A stretch of DNA of 63,920 nt, counting the filler, from Rhabdomonas costata (lineage: Eukaryota): NCBI GenBank assembly GCA_019059605.1. It is 38 parts of 38 records of this genome, joined end to end, with 100 filler letters (N's around TTAATTAATTAA, not from the genome) between each part and the next. Parts side by side here need not be neighbours in the genome. Positions count along the whole stretch, not along the records: positions 38,750 to 40,335 come from JAHMHO010012580.1; positions 40,436 to 42,020 come from JAHMHO010012581.1; positions 42,121 to 43,705 come from JAHMHO010012582.1; positions 43,806 to 45,389 come from JAHMHO010012583.1; positions 45,490 to 47,074 come from JAHMHO010012584.1; positions 47,175 to 48,759 come from JAHMHO010012585.1; positions 48,860 to 50,444 come from JAHMHO010012586.1; positions 50,545 to 52,129 come from JAHMHO010012587.1; 30 more parts are not named here. The stretch is one strand, 5' to 3'. Positions 38,943 to 52,229 of the stretch are shown here, in pieces. Every line of letters begins with the position of its first letter. The stretch's first letter is position 1. A program made the position numbers and the translations under genes. The notes below the pieces were generated by a model. It saw only the letters and a list, made by a program, of their open reading frames with translations. It made no database searches and was not told the DNA's origin.

Positions 38943-39988
38943 CTTGGTGGTAACTTCGTAGGTTTCGGTCTTCATGTTTTCCCTTGTCATGGTAACCGCT
39001 TCTTGAATCTGAACACACCACACAACGGAGGCGGCAGCCGCGCTTCGTCAGTGAGATTCTTCTTTTTCTTTTTTTTTTTGCGGGAGAGAGGAATGCTAAA
39101 GGGTTGAATGATGTTAAACGGAGAGGAACAGGAACAGGAATTGGGAGACCTTTCAAATTGTCGGACCCAGCCAGGAGGAAACGCTACTCAGAGCGTCCGA
39201 AAAGAAGAGCTATGACCTGGAACGGTGTCCCGGGGAGATTGCAAATTAATTGGACATAATATTTGAGTGGCAAAGGTTGTTGAACAATTAATGCCCCTCC
39301 CTGATAATCGGTTTTCTCTCCTGGCCAACGGTTTGAGAGAAGCGACAAAAGTGTGTGCTGAAAAGGGTCTTCACAAAAACGGAATATGTGCACAAGAATA
39401 GTACTTACATAGACCAGAAAGGGCGAAAGGAAGGAGAAGAAAGAGAAAGGCAAGCAAAGAAGCAACTGAAAAGGTAGACAGAGTAAGGCCAGTAGAAGAG
39501 CGTCGAGCACATTACACATGTGTGTCAAACATAAGAAAAATCACACCTGAGTTGAGATGGAACTGTGGTGAGAGCTCAACAGGGATGCAATCTGCGAAAA
39601 ATCCAAATTACCGCTCCTTTCCAGCGGTTCCCACAGGGCATTCTCCGCTAATGTCCATAAAATTATATACATTATACTAATATACACGCTTTTATATAGT
39701 AGCAGTGAGTTTTTCATGAGAATTTTCCGATTCTAGATCATGTTCGCGCTTAGTAACAAGTTCAAGCTAGCAAGCGAAATCAAGGACCAAAAAAAATTGT
39801 CTGAAAAAGAGGTGCCCTTCCAGTTCTGACCAGGAAACCAAGATTCCACGAACGTTGTTACGAAAAAGTGTGGAGAAGACGAAAAAGTCATAGCTATAAC
39901 TTTACGCCCTAAAGTATGGAAACTTTAAATAAAGAGTTCTGGGATAGCACTGTGCGTTTACCTCTTGAAGCAACTGGGATTCATCCAT
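38943..39988 (-). CDS. Hypothetical protein, two short exons
   Basis: 39988-39962 (MDESQLLQE|GTAAAC) and 39008-38943 (IQEAVTMTRENMKTETYEVTTK|GTTTGT) join in phase 0. Confidence 0.45.
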
Positions 39989-41222
39989 CCTGACAAAGGA
40001 TGGTGAAAGAGGCTCGGCGCCCCCAAATCCTCCCTGAAAAAATGAAGCCAATACAGAAAACACCCCTTCGATCAAAAAGCGGACACGGTTGGGAGGGGAA
40101 TCCGGCCGCCCGCCTCCGGCTCCCTGACGGATCCGCAGAGGGATCCGTAGATCAGTGCAGCGCAACCATATGAAGTCGGCAAGGACACATAATCAAACAG
40201 AAGGACATGTGACCAACCCATCCATAGAAAAGGCATCACTCCGTCGCGCTTCACAAGGGCATCGGAGCTGAGCTTCGCACTCCTAAGTGGTCCTCAGCAG
40301 CCTTCCAAGAGCCCAACATTGGCACAAACACACAANNNNNNNNNNNNNNNNNNNNNNNNNNNNNNNNNNNNNNNNNNNNTTAATTAATTAANNNNNNNNN
40401 NNNNNNNNNNNNNNNNNNNNNNNNNNNNNNNNNNNTGCCGGATGCCTCAAAAAGAGGCCAGGAACCTTACCCGGGAGGTGCTTGAGAATTACCTAACCGG
40501 GGATGTGAGCGCTGCCCTTGGGTGGCGGTATCTGTGGCTCCCCAGGACATGCCGGTACCACCGGCACAACCTTTCTTCGATCGCCAGGTGACTATCACCT
40601 GCCGTTTCTTTGCTGTGCTTGCCAACTGTCGACCTTCCTCCTCCCCTTCCCCTGGCCTCTTTGCACGCATTGACGTGATTCCCTGGGATTCGGGAGGGCA
40701 GCACCCGATCTCCAAAACTAGTCTGAACGACTTCTGGTGTTTTGACCAGTCTAGGGTTCCAATTCAGTTTAACCTGATCTTCATGCCTTCAAAAAAGCCA
40801 GTCGGTCAGCAAAAGCTCTCCAACTTTTGCCCCAGCTCCCTTTTCGGGCACTCGAATTCCCCCATGCTCCCTCCCCCTTTACTGCTTTTGCTGACGACGT
40901 CCACGGAGCGAGCGTTACCCTCTGATACTTTTCACCTTTTTAAACCTTTTTAAGAGTTAGATAGAATGCTTAACTCCCCCCTCTATCGGTTTCCATCCGT
41001 CCGCTGAAACTCATGCCTAAACTTTGATGCGTCGTTTGGGAGGAGAGTTCTTTGGGTGATCGGAAATTAGAAGTGGGACTTAACTTCAGCTTTGTTCTTC
41101 GACTTTGGGACACTGTGTCTCTTTTGTTCCTCTACCCGGTGGCGGAGCGAAACATAATAGCCGCTGTGTGGCCGATTATTCTGTGTCATGGGTGTGGCGA
41201 TATATTTTGCTTTGATTTGCAG

Positions 41223-41982
41223 GTGTGCAAGCCGCTGGAATGCTTCCAATGGCCGACCTCCTTGGCTTTTCTTTCTCGGTGACAGCACAACTAGGTACAT
41301 GTTCTGCTCCTTCCTGTTGGTTTTAAATGGAGGGGAGCAGGCCCCATTCCCGGTTGGGCCCTGTTATATGCCGCTGCCCAGTGGGGAGATCCTTGTGGCC
41401 ACGAAGGAGGACGCTGAGCGTGAGTTTGCATACAGTTGTGCCCCAAACATACCCTTAAAAGTGAGCTGGCACTTTGCCTTTGGAATGGGAACGCCGGGCA
41501 CGTTGACCCTGCTGGCCAGTCTCCTACAAGGAGATCCCAGTACCCACCCCACACATATTATCTACAACAGTGGGGCATGGGACTACTACAAGTTCTACAG
41601 CACTCTGAATGCATACAAAGCGGGCGTCAAGGTGCACGTCGCTCTAACAAAAAAGCAAGCCTTGAAAGGGCTTGCCTTTCAACACCTTGTGCGGAACAGG
41701 AGGATCCTGGAAGTCCTTGATGTGCTGAAGCAGCGGCGGTTTTCCGGGCGGTTCTACCACCACAACAATCACTGCAACAATCGCTTCTTCGCCCGGAAAG
41801 CCGACAGTGGGGTTGAGATCGCCGTTCGGAGAGCCAATTGGAGCATTCTGGACACATTTGGGCTTTCGGTGGGGGTTGGTCAAAACCTTCTCCTTCCGGA
41901 TGGAATCCATTTTCAGTCGGAGGTGGGGCTTCAGGTTCTGAACAGCTTGCTAAATGACATTTGCAATCCGCTGAGTGCATAG
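41223..41982 (+). CDS. SGNH/GDSL hydrolase (PC-esterase-like), terminal exon
   Basis: FLGDSTTRYMF, IIYNSGAWD and DGIHF motifs; acceptor TTTGCAG| at 41222; stop at 41980-41982. Confidence 0.8.
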
Positions 41983-42295
41983 CTGTTCGCTATTATCCAC
42001 TCGATGCTGTACCCACAAAANNNNNNNNNNNNNNNNNNNNNNNNNNNNNNNNNNNNNNNNNNNNTTAATTAATTAANNNNNNNNNNNNNNNNNNNNNNNN
42101 NNNNNNNNNNNNNNNNNNNNGTGGTGGGTGTGTTTGGTGGGTGGGGTGGGGATACAGGAGTTGCCTTGACTCAACTTGCTGTGGTCTGCTCACAAAAGCG
42201 TATCAGTGCTCAAAAGGACACTTGAAACTTGACAGTGAAACAGTGAAACACATGAGATGAAACGAAAAAAATTTTCCCCAGAGAAGGACACGTAC

Positions 42296-43061
42296 GTTCG
42301 ATTGTCGGGTCGTTCGCCAGGTTCAGAAAAAGCACTGTCCGCTCCATGGAGCCATTCTCTTCGAACTCAGCCTGGAAAAAACGGGCGGTCTCCTGGTTCA
42401 CACCCATCGCCGCGAAGACGATGGCAAACTGCTCAGTCTTGCCCTCCGTCTTGACCAGCCCGGCCTGTCGGCAGATCTGCGCGGCGATCTCGTTGTGGGG
42501 AAGCCCGGCGCCGCTGAACAAAGGAATCTTTTGTCCTCGGGCAATGGAGGTCATCACGTCGATTGCGGAGATCCCCGTCTGGATCATCTCCTCGGGATAC
42601 ACTCGGGCCTGGGGGTTGATTGGAATACCGCTGATGTCCCGGTACTCCTCGGCCATGACGGGAGGCCCGTTATCAATGGGCTTTCCTGAACCGTTGAAGG
42701 TCCGCCCCAGCATGTCGGCGGAGACCCCCAACATGAGCACTCGTCCTGTGAGCTGCACCTTGGTGTGCTTCGCGTCAATCCCAGACGTGCCTTCAAATAC
42801 CTGCACGACAGCTTTTTCGCCGTTGACCTCGAGGATCTGACCAGCTCGAGTGCTGCCATCTTGAAGGGTGAGGGTGACGATCTCCGCGTAGGTTGGATTC
42901 TTCACCTCGTCCAAAATGACCAGAGGACCATTGACGTTGGTGATCGTGGCATACTCAGTGCGAGGTTTGCAGTGAAAGTTGCGCTCATCTACAGTTTTGA
43001 GCGCGTACTGGGCTTTCGTGTCTGAAGCCGGCGGAGGAGGAGCTGGCTTTCCGTGTGACAT
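42296..43061 (-). CDS. ATP6V1B: V-type H+-ATPase subunit B, N-terminal exon
   Basis: VNGPLVIL...[12 protein letters not shown]...[14 protein letters not shown]...[31 protein letters not shown]...[11 protein letters not shown](R); donor C|GTACGT. Confidence 0.97.
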
Positions 43062-44039
43062 CTTGCGGAATGAAGTGAAAGTAAAGCAATCAATCGGCAA
43101 TCAGTATATAGCTGGACCAAGGAAAATGGCAACATAAAGTTCCCACTTGTTGTCAAAAAGAGAACTAGACGAAGAAGACGAGTGCTGAGTGCCAGAATTC
43201 CGCTGATTCGGTTGATCTCCAAACTGGTGGGTGGTGGAGCGGGAGGGCTCCCTCCAGTTTTCCAACCCACCAATTCAGCAAGGCGAAATTTCGATTTCAA
43301 GTTTTGACGCACTACAGCAATGTCTCTTCAGAGAGGCGGTCTCGAATCTCTGAATCCGTTGATTCTGGGGAGCCGAGTCGATCCCCCCAACTTTGTACGA
43401 TGGTGAGCACCCGTCAGTCTGTGGTACTCCCATCCAGCTGCTGTTCCTTTGCTTTCTTTTATTCCTTATCCAACATTTTGCATCTCCCTTCGGGAGGCGA
43501 CCCCCTGCTCGAGATGAAGTGGCCTTCGGCCGCCGGGTGACTCCTCTCCTCTCAGAATGCAGAGAATCCCTGCTGGTGCGGGAGGCTCCCAGTGTTGCCT
43601 CGGCCAGAGCAGCGCCTCTCTCCTCTGGCTCGCGGAACAGTCCTGGTGACAGGACAGCCGGGGGGGAGTCTTCAACTCAATGATGGGCCCAATGTACCCA
43701 ACAAANNNNNNNNNNNNNNNNNNNNNNNNNNNNNNNNNNNNNNNNNNNNTTAATTAATTAANNNNNNNNNNNNNNNNNNNNNNNNNNNNNNNNNNNNNNN
43801 NNNNNGGGTGGTTTTCGTAGAGTTGGAGCGCCGGAGGCTCAGTAGGAAGCTGGGCGTGGCGAGAAAAAGTTGCGAATCGCAAGCAAAAGGTTGAAAGCAG
43901 AGTATTTTGCATTCGTACAAGAACTATCTTGATAGAATTAACACCACCATCTTGGTCGCTCTATCCTTCACCGTCAAAATCTCATTTACCGCTTGACAAC
44001 CTCCAGAGAACTTCCATTGCCACACCGGCATTTTTATCG

Positions 44040-45389
44040 AAGTCCCTGGAGATGGACTCCCACTTGTTCACTGGCACCTCCAGCACTTGCGCGTGGCCTC
44101 TCGGCAGATGATGATCCGCATTGCAACGTTGACATATATCACAAGTCCGCACGTACACTTTAACCTTTCTCTTGATGTTCTTAAACACAAACGTCCTCTA
44201 TATCATCGCTGAAGTTCTAGCCACTCCCCAATGTCCTGCGGATGGGGAATCATAATAACGCAATATAACTTCTCGCTTCCGCCGGTATGGTACCACAATC
44301 TTCCCTTTATCCCAGATGCGTCCATTATGCCACTTTGTTGGGTCCAGCAGCTCTGACGTCGTTACGTTGAAGTACTTTCTTCGTATAGCTTGGTAGAGCC
44401 ATTAGTCCGTCCACCAATCGTCTGGATCCTCTGCTGGGCCAACGCGCATGGTCACACATAGCGGTCCGTCGAAAAACACTGAAACAAAACATTTACCTTC
44501 CTGTATCGCTCCAAGGCTCGTTTCATCTAGCGGGTGACGCGACAACCCGTCCTCTGCCACATTTATCCTGAGAAATCATGAGAAATCTTCAGCGTATACC
44601 TCTGCAACTTTTCTAGCCATCTAATTTGTCTTGGAGATGGTCGGGGGTTCTTCTGCAGGTAACTCAACGCTGAGTTATCCGTGTTCACTATAACTTCTGT
44701 CCACACAGGTAATGTCTCCACTCCTCCAGTGTATCCGCCAACGACAACATCTCCTTCTAGTGGACAGTGTAATTCTTTTCTGCATTCAACATTTTTCGCG
44801 ACCTGGACGAGATGTAACTTCCAATCATCACCTTCCTGCGACAGTGTGGCTCCAATCCCCACTTCCGAAACATCGGTGTGAATCACCATCGGCTTCTGGA
44901 AGTCTGGTACCACAAAAACATGATGCTTTAGAAATCTAGCCTTTAGCCTCTGAAACGCAGTCTCCTGCGCTTCACTCCAAACCCATTCTATCTTCTTTTT
45001 CATCAGGTCCGTCAGGGGGGCTGCCACTGTGGCGTAGTCCTCCACTAACCTCTGGTAAAATCCACAGAGTACTAAGAAGCGCCGGGTTCTTTAGCTGCGG
45101 CCACTTATATATCGCCATGACCTTTCTCTGCTGTGGCCTGATTCCATTCCTACCCACAATGAAACCACAGTACTCTACTTCAGACTGAGAAAAAACGCAT
45201 TTATCCGGATTTGCATATAGCTTTTCTTTATCCAACCTCTGGTATAGCACTCGCAATGCCTCGTGAGCTTCTAACGTGTCCGTGTGCACCTGTATTTCAT
45301 CCAAGTACGCCCCCTTCTTCTCCCGAAGGTCTTTCAGAATTAAATCCATCGTCCACTGAAATGTAGCTTGGGCGTTACACAAACCAACC
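44040..45389 (-). mobile_element. Degenerate Ty3/gypsy LTR-retrotransposon pol (RT, RNase H, integrase Zn finger)
   Basis: GLCNAQATFQ..M...AYLDEI, KC.F...VEY.GF.V, APLTDLMKK..W.W, IHTDVS..GIGATL.Q, TDNSAL.YL, RW, GHWG...CDICQ...WESISRDF. Order is RT-RH-INT, with several frameshifts and stops. Confidence 0.93.
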
Positions 45390-47756
45390 NNNNNNNNNNN
45401 NNNNNNNNNNNNNNNNNNNNNNNNNNNNNNNNNTTAATTAATTAANNNNNNNNNNNNNNNNNNNNNNNNNNNNNNNNNNNNNNNNNNNNGGGGTTGTGGA
45501 CACAGAGTTAGGGGAAACGCTGCATTTTCTTTGGGTCCTTGGGTCTCTAGACTGCAAGACTTTGAACTTTTTAGGGCTTGTTGGAGGCTCTCTGAGGGGC
45601 TCCTTCTCTGTGGCCTCCAAAAAGTCGGGGGGGGGGGGAGGAAGCAACTGAGGTCTCAGCCGTTATTGCGGCCCCACCACTGCCCCTTCACTTTCTCCCG
45701 AAGCATAGGTACGGATGAGTTTGTGTTGTTAGAGTACTTCTTTGCTCCATGTAGTGGAGAACAGTGTGGGGTGTGGGGAAGTTGGAGTCCTTTGCTTTCT
45801 CTCCCCATCGCTCAGGCGGCACCTCATCTGTGTTGTTGATCAAGAGCGGGGGAGGTACTCCGCGCTCCCTCTCTCCGCTGTGGCCTAGGACATGCCCCTG
45901 CAACCGCAGCGTCACGTGACGCCGCGGGAAAGTGAGCGTTCCGGGTCCATCAGAGTGTGCTTGTTCATTGCTCTTTTCGCTGCTGGCCGAACGCTATGAG
46001 CCCCTCACTATGAGCCGGCTTTCGGGACACTTGGTGGGGACACCCTTTGTGAGGACAAGAAAGAAGCGCCAACAGAAGCGCCTACGCCGACGAGGCAAGA
46101 TCCCTCCAATGCAACACAAAACGAGCCTAAATTCCGGGTCTCCTTGTATTTCATTGTACTGCTGCTGTCAGCTGACATCGTGCTAAGGTTGTGTGACTCC
46201 AGAAACGGTACTTTGAGCAGCGGAAGGACATTTGCCTCATCTTCGGTTTCATCCCCTCGTTTCTTGAAGCTTCCGCCATTTTTTGAAACTCGGTTTCATG
46301 CTATACCCTGAAACTCTGAGTGGACCTCTCTACTCTCCCGGCTCAACTCTTAGGATCACGGTTTCGTGGGCCGAAATCGGCTTTTTCGATGATTGATCGT
46401 AATTGGCTTATTTATGGCACAGAGTGGTAACGCTACCCTTAGACGTACAGGTCCTGCATGTATCAGTATGGAACTTTCTTCTATGCTGGAAGATTGTCGC
46501 AATGCCTCTCATGTGATTCCTCGTAGTGATTGCGTGCCATCATTGTTTCGTATCATCTGCATGGGAAACATCTTGTATTGTTGGCTGCACTCACAGAGTC
46601 GCTGCTCCAGTGGATGCTTTTGTGTTTGCAGTGCCACTCTGAGCTGGAGCCTCCCTGCGACTAAAAACTTGCCAGGAATTATTTAACACCCTGTCCGGTG
46701 TCACGTGGCGTGCAGTTACTGTTTCACGATTTTTTTTTTGCATTTGCTAATACTGGCCTATTGATTTCTTTCTGTCATACGACCTCGAGGCGCTAGTGCA
46801 TTTATGCCAACCTCGATGGTTGCGCGTTGGGAACTAAAACGCAATCGCCAACGCTTCCCCGCGACAACTGTTTTATCGGCTCTCTATCTCTTTTCAGTAG
46901 GAGTCCTGCCCTCTTCCTGTTACAAAAACAGATACACATACCCTGTTTTCTCTTCGTGTTCTTTTCTCCCACTCTCTCTCTCTCGTTGCTTTTGTCGTCG
47001 AGGTGATTTTTGGTGGATGGGTAACTGTCTCTCCGAGCCAAAGGGGGAGCGTTTGATCTCTCTGCCCACAAACANNNNNNNNNNNNNNNNNNNNNNNNNN
47101 NNNNNNNNNNNNNNNNNNTTAATTAATTAANNNNNNNNNNNNNNNNNNNNNNNNNNNNNNNNNNNNNNNNNNNNGGTTGTTGGTGACCACAGTGGAGTGA
47201 CGGGCGCACGCGCTGTTGGCCACGGGTGCTCGCGAGAGGTGCCGTGGGAGCGAGCGGTGCCGTCGGGAACCGGAACTGGCTCACCGCCGAACGTTCCACA
47301 CATGGTAACCTCCCTTCTGCCCTCTTGCTTGCTTGCTTGTTTGCTCTTTTCCAGCCGCTGGTTGCATTGCTGCTCAGGTCTCTGCAACGCCCACACTCCT
47401 TCCTTGGGTAGCTGGGGCCTTTTCTTGCGGGAACGACCCTCACAGGGGTGTGTGTGTGCGTGTGGAGTGATTGGCAAGCGAAGAAGTGGCCTTTCAGAGC
47501 GTTGGTCGATTGCGAACCGAACGCATGATAAATGGCGATGGCTATGAAGGTCGACCTAATCGCCAAGCACAGGTTCGTTTTGTTTAGAACATCTCCAACG
47601 AACAATAAAATCCTTGCAACAAGTTTGCTTTGGGGTCAACAAGGTTCTCTAAGCAAATGCATTTGCATACATAGTCCACAAAGAGGTCAGTATGGCGGTC
47701 ACCCACCCAAGTAGAAATACACACAAACAACGGACTGAGCACGTGTGGGCAAGAAC

Positions 47757-48402
47757 CTTTTTCGATCCCGCCTTGATTTCTGCGTTCATGATGGAGTGAA
47801 TATCATCCGCTGGGATGGGAACCTGAGCGCCCCCCCCCCCTCCTTCCTGGCACACACAGCAACCTCTGCAAATCAATCTGTCAACCAGCCTCTGCCAATC
47901 AACAACGCGGACCACACAAAACCAGTCCCTCGAGTTGCGGCTGGGTTCACAGTAGAGCTCATGTGGAAGACAGTCATTTGGGCAAAGACATTTCTTTGGT
48001 TGGTCCAATCCAACCCAATCCTTTGATTTACCAAAGAACTGCCGTTCGTATTAAGCACCGCAAACTCAAACAGCAGGCTGTCTTGTGACGCTGACAATGA
48101 GGAGGAAAAGCGGAACGTCCTAATAGAATAGCCCCTCTCGTTTCGTCATGATAGCCGCGACACCGCACACACCGTAACGTTGGGAGTGAACACTGGAATG
48201 GAGATCGAGTGCACCGCCAGAATCCCGTCATCCTCATTCGGGTTCGGTTTAACTTCTGTAAACACACAAGCAAGCAAGAAAGAGAAGGAAATTTAGAAAG
48301 AAAGGAAAAAAAAAGATATTTCGCGCAAGTAGCGGTACCTCCTTCTGTGATGAAGGTCTTCTGCAGAGTCTTCCACAAAGCCTTGGCTCTGACTTGGGGC
48401 AT
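47757..48402 (-). CDS. Possible RGS-like domain exons
   Basis: RAKALWKTLQKTFITEG and QVPIPADDIHSIMNAEI resemble RGS helices (A..I...FI..G...V.I). The splice junction is ambiguous. Confidence 0.3.
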
Positions 48403-51321
48403 GGCTGGGAAGGAAACCACGGGAGAGTGATGTTACTCCCCCTTTAAGTCATTTCTCGCTATGGCCTTTCGGGGGCCTCATAAACACATGCCACGACAGT
48501 TACAAGAAAAGCTGCAAATGATCGTACCCAAAGCAGAAAAACAGAGTTTGACACGCTAGTAGGGGCGAACGCAAGAGAACAAATCCGGAATGACATCGGA
48601 TTACCCGCATCACGGGTGCGTGAACCAACAGCATGTGATTGTGTCTCTTCCCGTTATTCCGTAAACTGTGAGCGAACCACAACGAGTTAAATCAGCAAAG
48701 GTCCGCGCACAAAAACCAACCGGTACAACTATCCCACATCCACGTGAACCCCACCCCACNNNNNNNNNNNNNNNNNNNNNNNNNNNNNNNNNNNNNNNNN
48801 NNNTTAATTAATTAANNNNNNNNNNNNNNNNNNNNNNNNNNNNNNNNNNNNNNNNNNNNTGTGTTGGGTGTCAGCAGTATTTCAGTCAGCGAAAAAATGG
48901 CCTCCATTGGTCAAGAAGGTCCCCTTTAATCCAATTTGATGGCCAAAAAAGTTCATTGGTGGGGATACTGTAGTGTTGCCGTAATGCTGTAATGAGGATT
49001 CGAATCGTGTGTGTATTTTCCATGCAAAGTTCGGATAGTTGTCTTGTTGTGCTGCAGGCAATCAGCGCCCGTACCCTCCTCGGGTGGTGCAGAGGCGTGC
49101 GCGGAGGCCCAGGCAGCCAACGCCACTGTTGCTCAGCACTATGACCTCATCACTGCAAAAAGCCTACAGGAGGTGATTGCACATGAGTCCAGTTCCTCCC
49201 CCACGTGCAGCTCCACCTGCGTCCATCGTTGCCATAGGTGCCGTTCCCAAAGAGTGTGCGACGAGCACCAAATGAAGGAAGTAAATGAAAGGGTTTTGAA
49301 ATTCGGTTTTTGGTGTTTTCTTTCAACCGTCGCCTTGCTACGGAAACGTTTATTGTGCTTGTGAGGATGCCGCACCCGGCACAGCGTCACAGTTGGGGTC
49401 CAGACACTTGGTGGCAAAACAAGACGGTACTGAGAAAGCCAAGTAAATAACATATTTCCAAAGGACAATGGGAGGGGGGGGCAGAAAGGAAGCAGCTTAG
49501 AAGGCCGGAGATGGGAAACGGCAACCAGCCCCAACTGTTGCAACATACCAAAGATACCTTCCAGCCAGCAAGGTCGCGAACAAGCACACCTTCCGTCTTC
49601 CCTCCTTCTGCCTGCGCATTTTCCTCCAGGACGGCGAGCGCTCCGCAGTGCGGAAGTTTAACAACTGGGTGAAGGCCGTTCTGGTGGCCGAAACAGTCCG
49701 CCAGGGTGAACCTCCACACACACACACACACACACACACTCTCTCTCTCTATCTCTGAAGTCGCTGATGACTTAACCACTCCACCAGGGTCGAATCGCCA
49801 GTCACTTCAGTTAAGGCATCATATCATTGAGAGTTCACCCCTTTCACCTCACACACCCTCTTCCTGCACCTTTTTAGATGTACTCATTTCTTACGGTTCC
49901 CTGGTTCGACTGCTTTTCTGAGTTTCCAATGAATTGGGGGGGGGGGGGCGTCGAACGGTTTAAGGCCCCCTTTCTGAGGTGTGTGATGGCTTTCGAGTTT
50001 CCACACGCGCGAGCGCTGGCGAAGACAAGAAAGCAAATGGGGGACTTCGTCAGCGAAACAATCCTGCACACGACAACGCAAAAGCGACGCCTTGTCGTGC
50101 GATCGAAGGTTTCTGTCCCCGGTCCACATCCAAGAACTGTTTAAGTGGTCACTCCGCTATCCCGCCTAACCTCCCTCCTTCCGCTCAACGTCACTGCCTC
50201 AAGGCGGGAGCAAAAATTCACTGTCCCGCCGTCACGCTTGCCCCTAGCTGGGCTGCAGCACCGCCGGCATCTCCTTCCTCAGCAGGTTAACGATGTTAAA
50301 CTATGAGGTGTGAACCTAAGTTGAAAACTCCCCACAGTCGCTTTTGGTGCGTGCGTCAACGATAACTCCCCACTTCCCCCAGGCAACGTCCCCGCTCTTC
50401 CCTGACAAATTCAGCAAAGTCCGCCCTTCATCTCACAACAAAAANNNNNNNNNNNNNNNNNNNNNNNNNNNNNNNNNNNNNNNNNNNNTTAATTAATTAA
50501 NNNNNNNNNNNNNNNNNNNNNNNNNNNNNNNNNNNNNNNNNNNNGGGGTTTGTTCATCACTTCTTTTGGTCTTTATGCTGGAGTCAGCGCACGTCAATTG
50601 TGGCTTCACTTTCCATTCCCAGTGGAAATATCATTCGTGCAGGTCAAGTCTCTCCTTTTCTCGGCAGAATAACTGACTCGGAACAGCAGCTTGCCCGCAA
50701 GCCATGACAGCTTCACCTCGTTCCTCGTCTCGCGGGCGCTCGGCCCCCTCTGACCGCCTACTCCATTGACGTGTGTAGACTTCTGTCGCGGGCATTCTCC
50801 GTTCCGTCCGAAATTCCTGGCAGCGCAGAGTTTCCCAGCGTTTCGTTTTAGGGTGGAGGTTGACCAACCTATCACGGGTCCCTCACACTGAGACATTGAA
50901 TTGGAATTAAGGATACATCCCAAATTCATGGTTAAGCTTGCTGAGTTGCAGTCCGACCACCCCAGATCTTGCAACAGCGATTGGAGATTGCATGTGCAGA
51001 GGGAAGGCAACAAAATGACGAGAAATGGTGCACTTCAAAAAACATTCTTTTTAAAATACCTGGACCATTTCCTGTGGTTCCGTTCTGTTTGGTTTCAACT
51101 GCAACTTCCTTTCATTTCATTTCGTCTTGTTGCTTCGACTTTGGTCGTGCACACGAAAATGACGTTCAAAATCGATGTCCACAACAAGGACAACTGCTCT
51201 TTCTTCACCGCTCGAGCTTCTTTTGCGCCCACAGGCTGCCGACTTATCCACCCCACCCGTAAGCATCATACGCTTCAAGCTAAACGCCATGCACCCAAAG
51301 TCACATTGTACACATGATGAC

Positions 51322-52129
51322 CTTCTTGAACTCAGTCAAGCCGCTCCCCGAGTCGTCGTAGCACGTCGGGAAGGCCCTCCATTCGAAAATCAGCAGGAAG
51401 GCAAGCACTGTCAGCAAAGCCTGCACCCCAACGAAGCCATACAGCCACCGCGGGCTGTCACACAGCTTGCGGTGCATCACCGTGGCAATCAGCACCATCA
51501 CGCTCTCCAGGTACCGGGCGGCCACCCAGAGCTGGGTGGAGGGGTTCTGTACCGGCGGGAAGATCCCCATGCCCTGGAAAACGGGAGGAAGCACAAGAAA
51601 CACACAAAATGCAATGTGTTTCCCCATGAACAAAAATAGCGCATTAACTCCTCAATCTACACCACTCGTGACAAAACAGACCGCCGAACAATGTCTTGAA
51701 AATGAAGCGCTTTAATGCCTTGTCAAAGACGAAGGGGTTTGATAAAATGGCGAAACCCCATCTGCGCGAACATTCCCGAGGAAGGTTTTTTGGATTGAAG
51801 TGTGTCTTCTCGGTTGTGTTCGGGTGGAACTGATCCCTAACATGACGTAACACGGTTGAAAAAAGACCACCAAGTAAAATTTTTGGCAGCGTTTAAACCA
51901 AACCTCGGAAGACTAGGCTCGCAGGGAAGAAACCGTGTTTCGGCCACAATCAAAGAAAAACCTCCAGAAATCGAACTGCAAAGCCTCATCCACTATACAA
52001 GAAAAAACCTCCTGCTCACACAAACCTTGTACGCCAGCATGTGGAACAAGTCCAGGATCGCCACAAACCCATACACGCTTCCCACGGCCACGAAGAAGCT
52101 GTTCCGCGCAATGTGCCACGTGTGCAGCA
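51322..52129 (-). CDS. MASE3 membrane-associated sensor domain protein (2 exons, truncated)
   Basis: Exons contig end-52026 and 51573-51322 around a 452-nt phase-0 GT-AG intron: ...VGSVYGFVAILDLFHMLAYK|GMGIFPPVQNPSTQLWVAARYLES...LIFEWRAFPTCYDDSGSGLTEFKK. Confidence 0.88.
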
Positions 52130-52229
52130 NNNNNNNNNNNNNNNNNNNNNNNNNNNNNNNNNNNNNNNNNNNNTTAATTAATTAANNNNNNNNNNNNNNN
52201 NNNNNNNNNNNNNNNNNNNNNNNNNNNNN

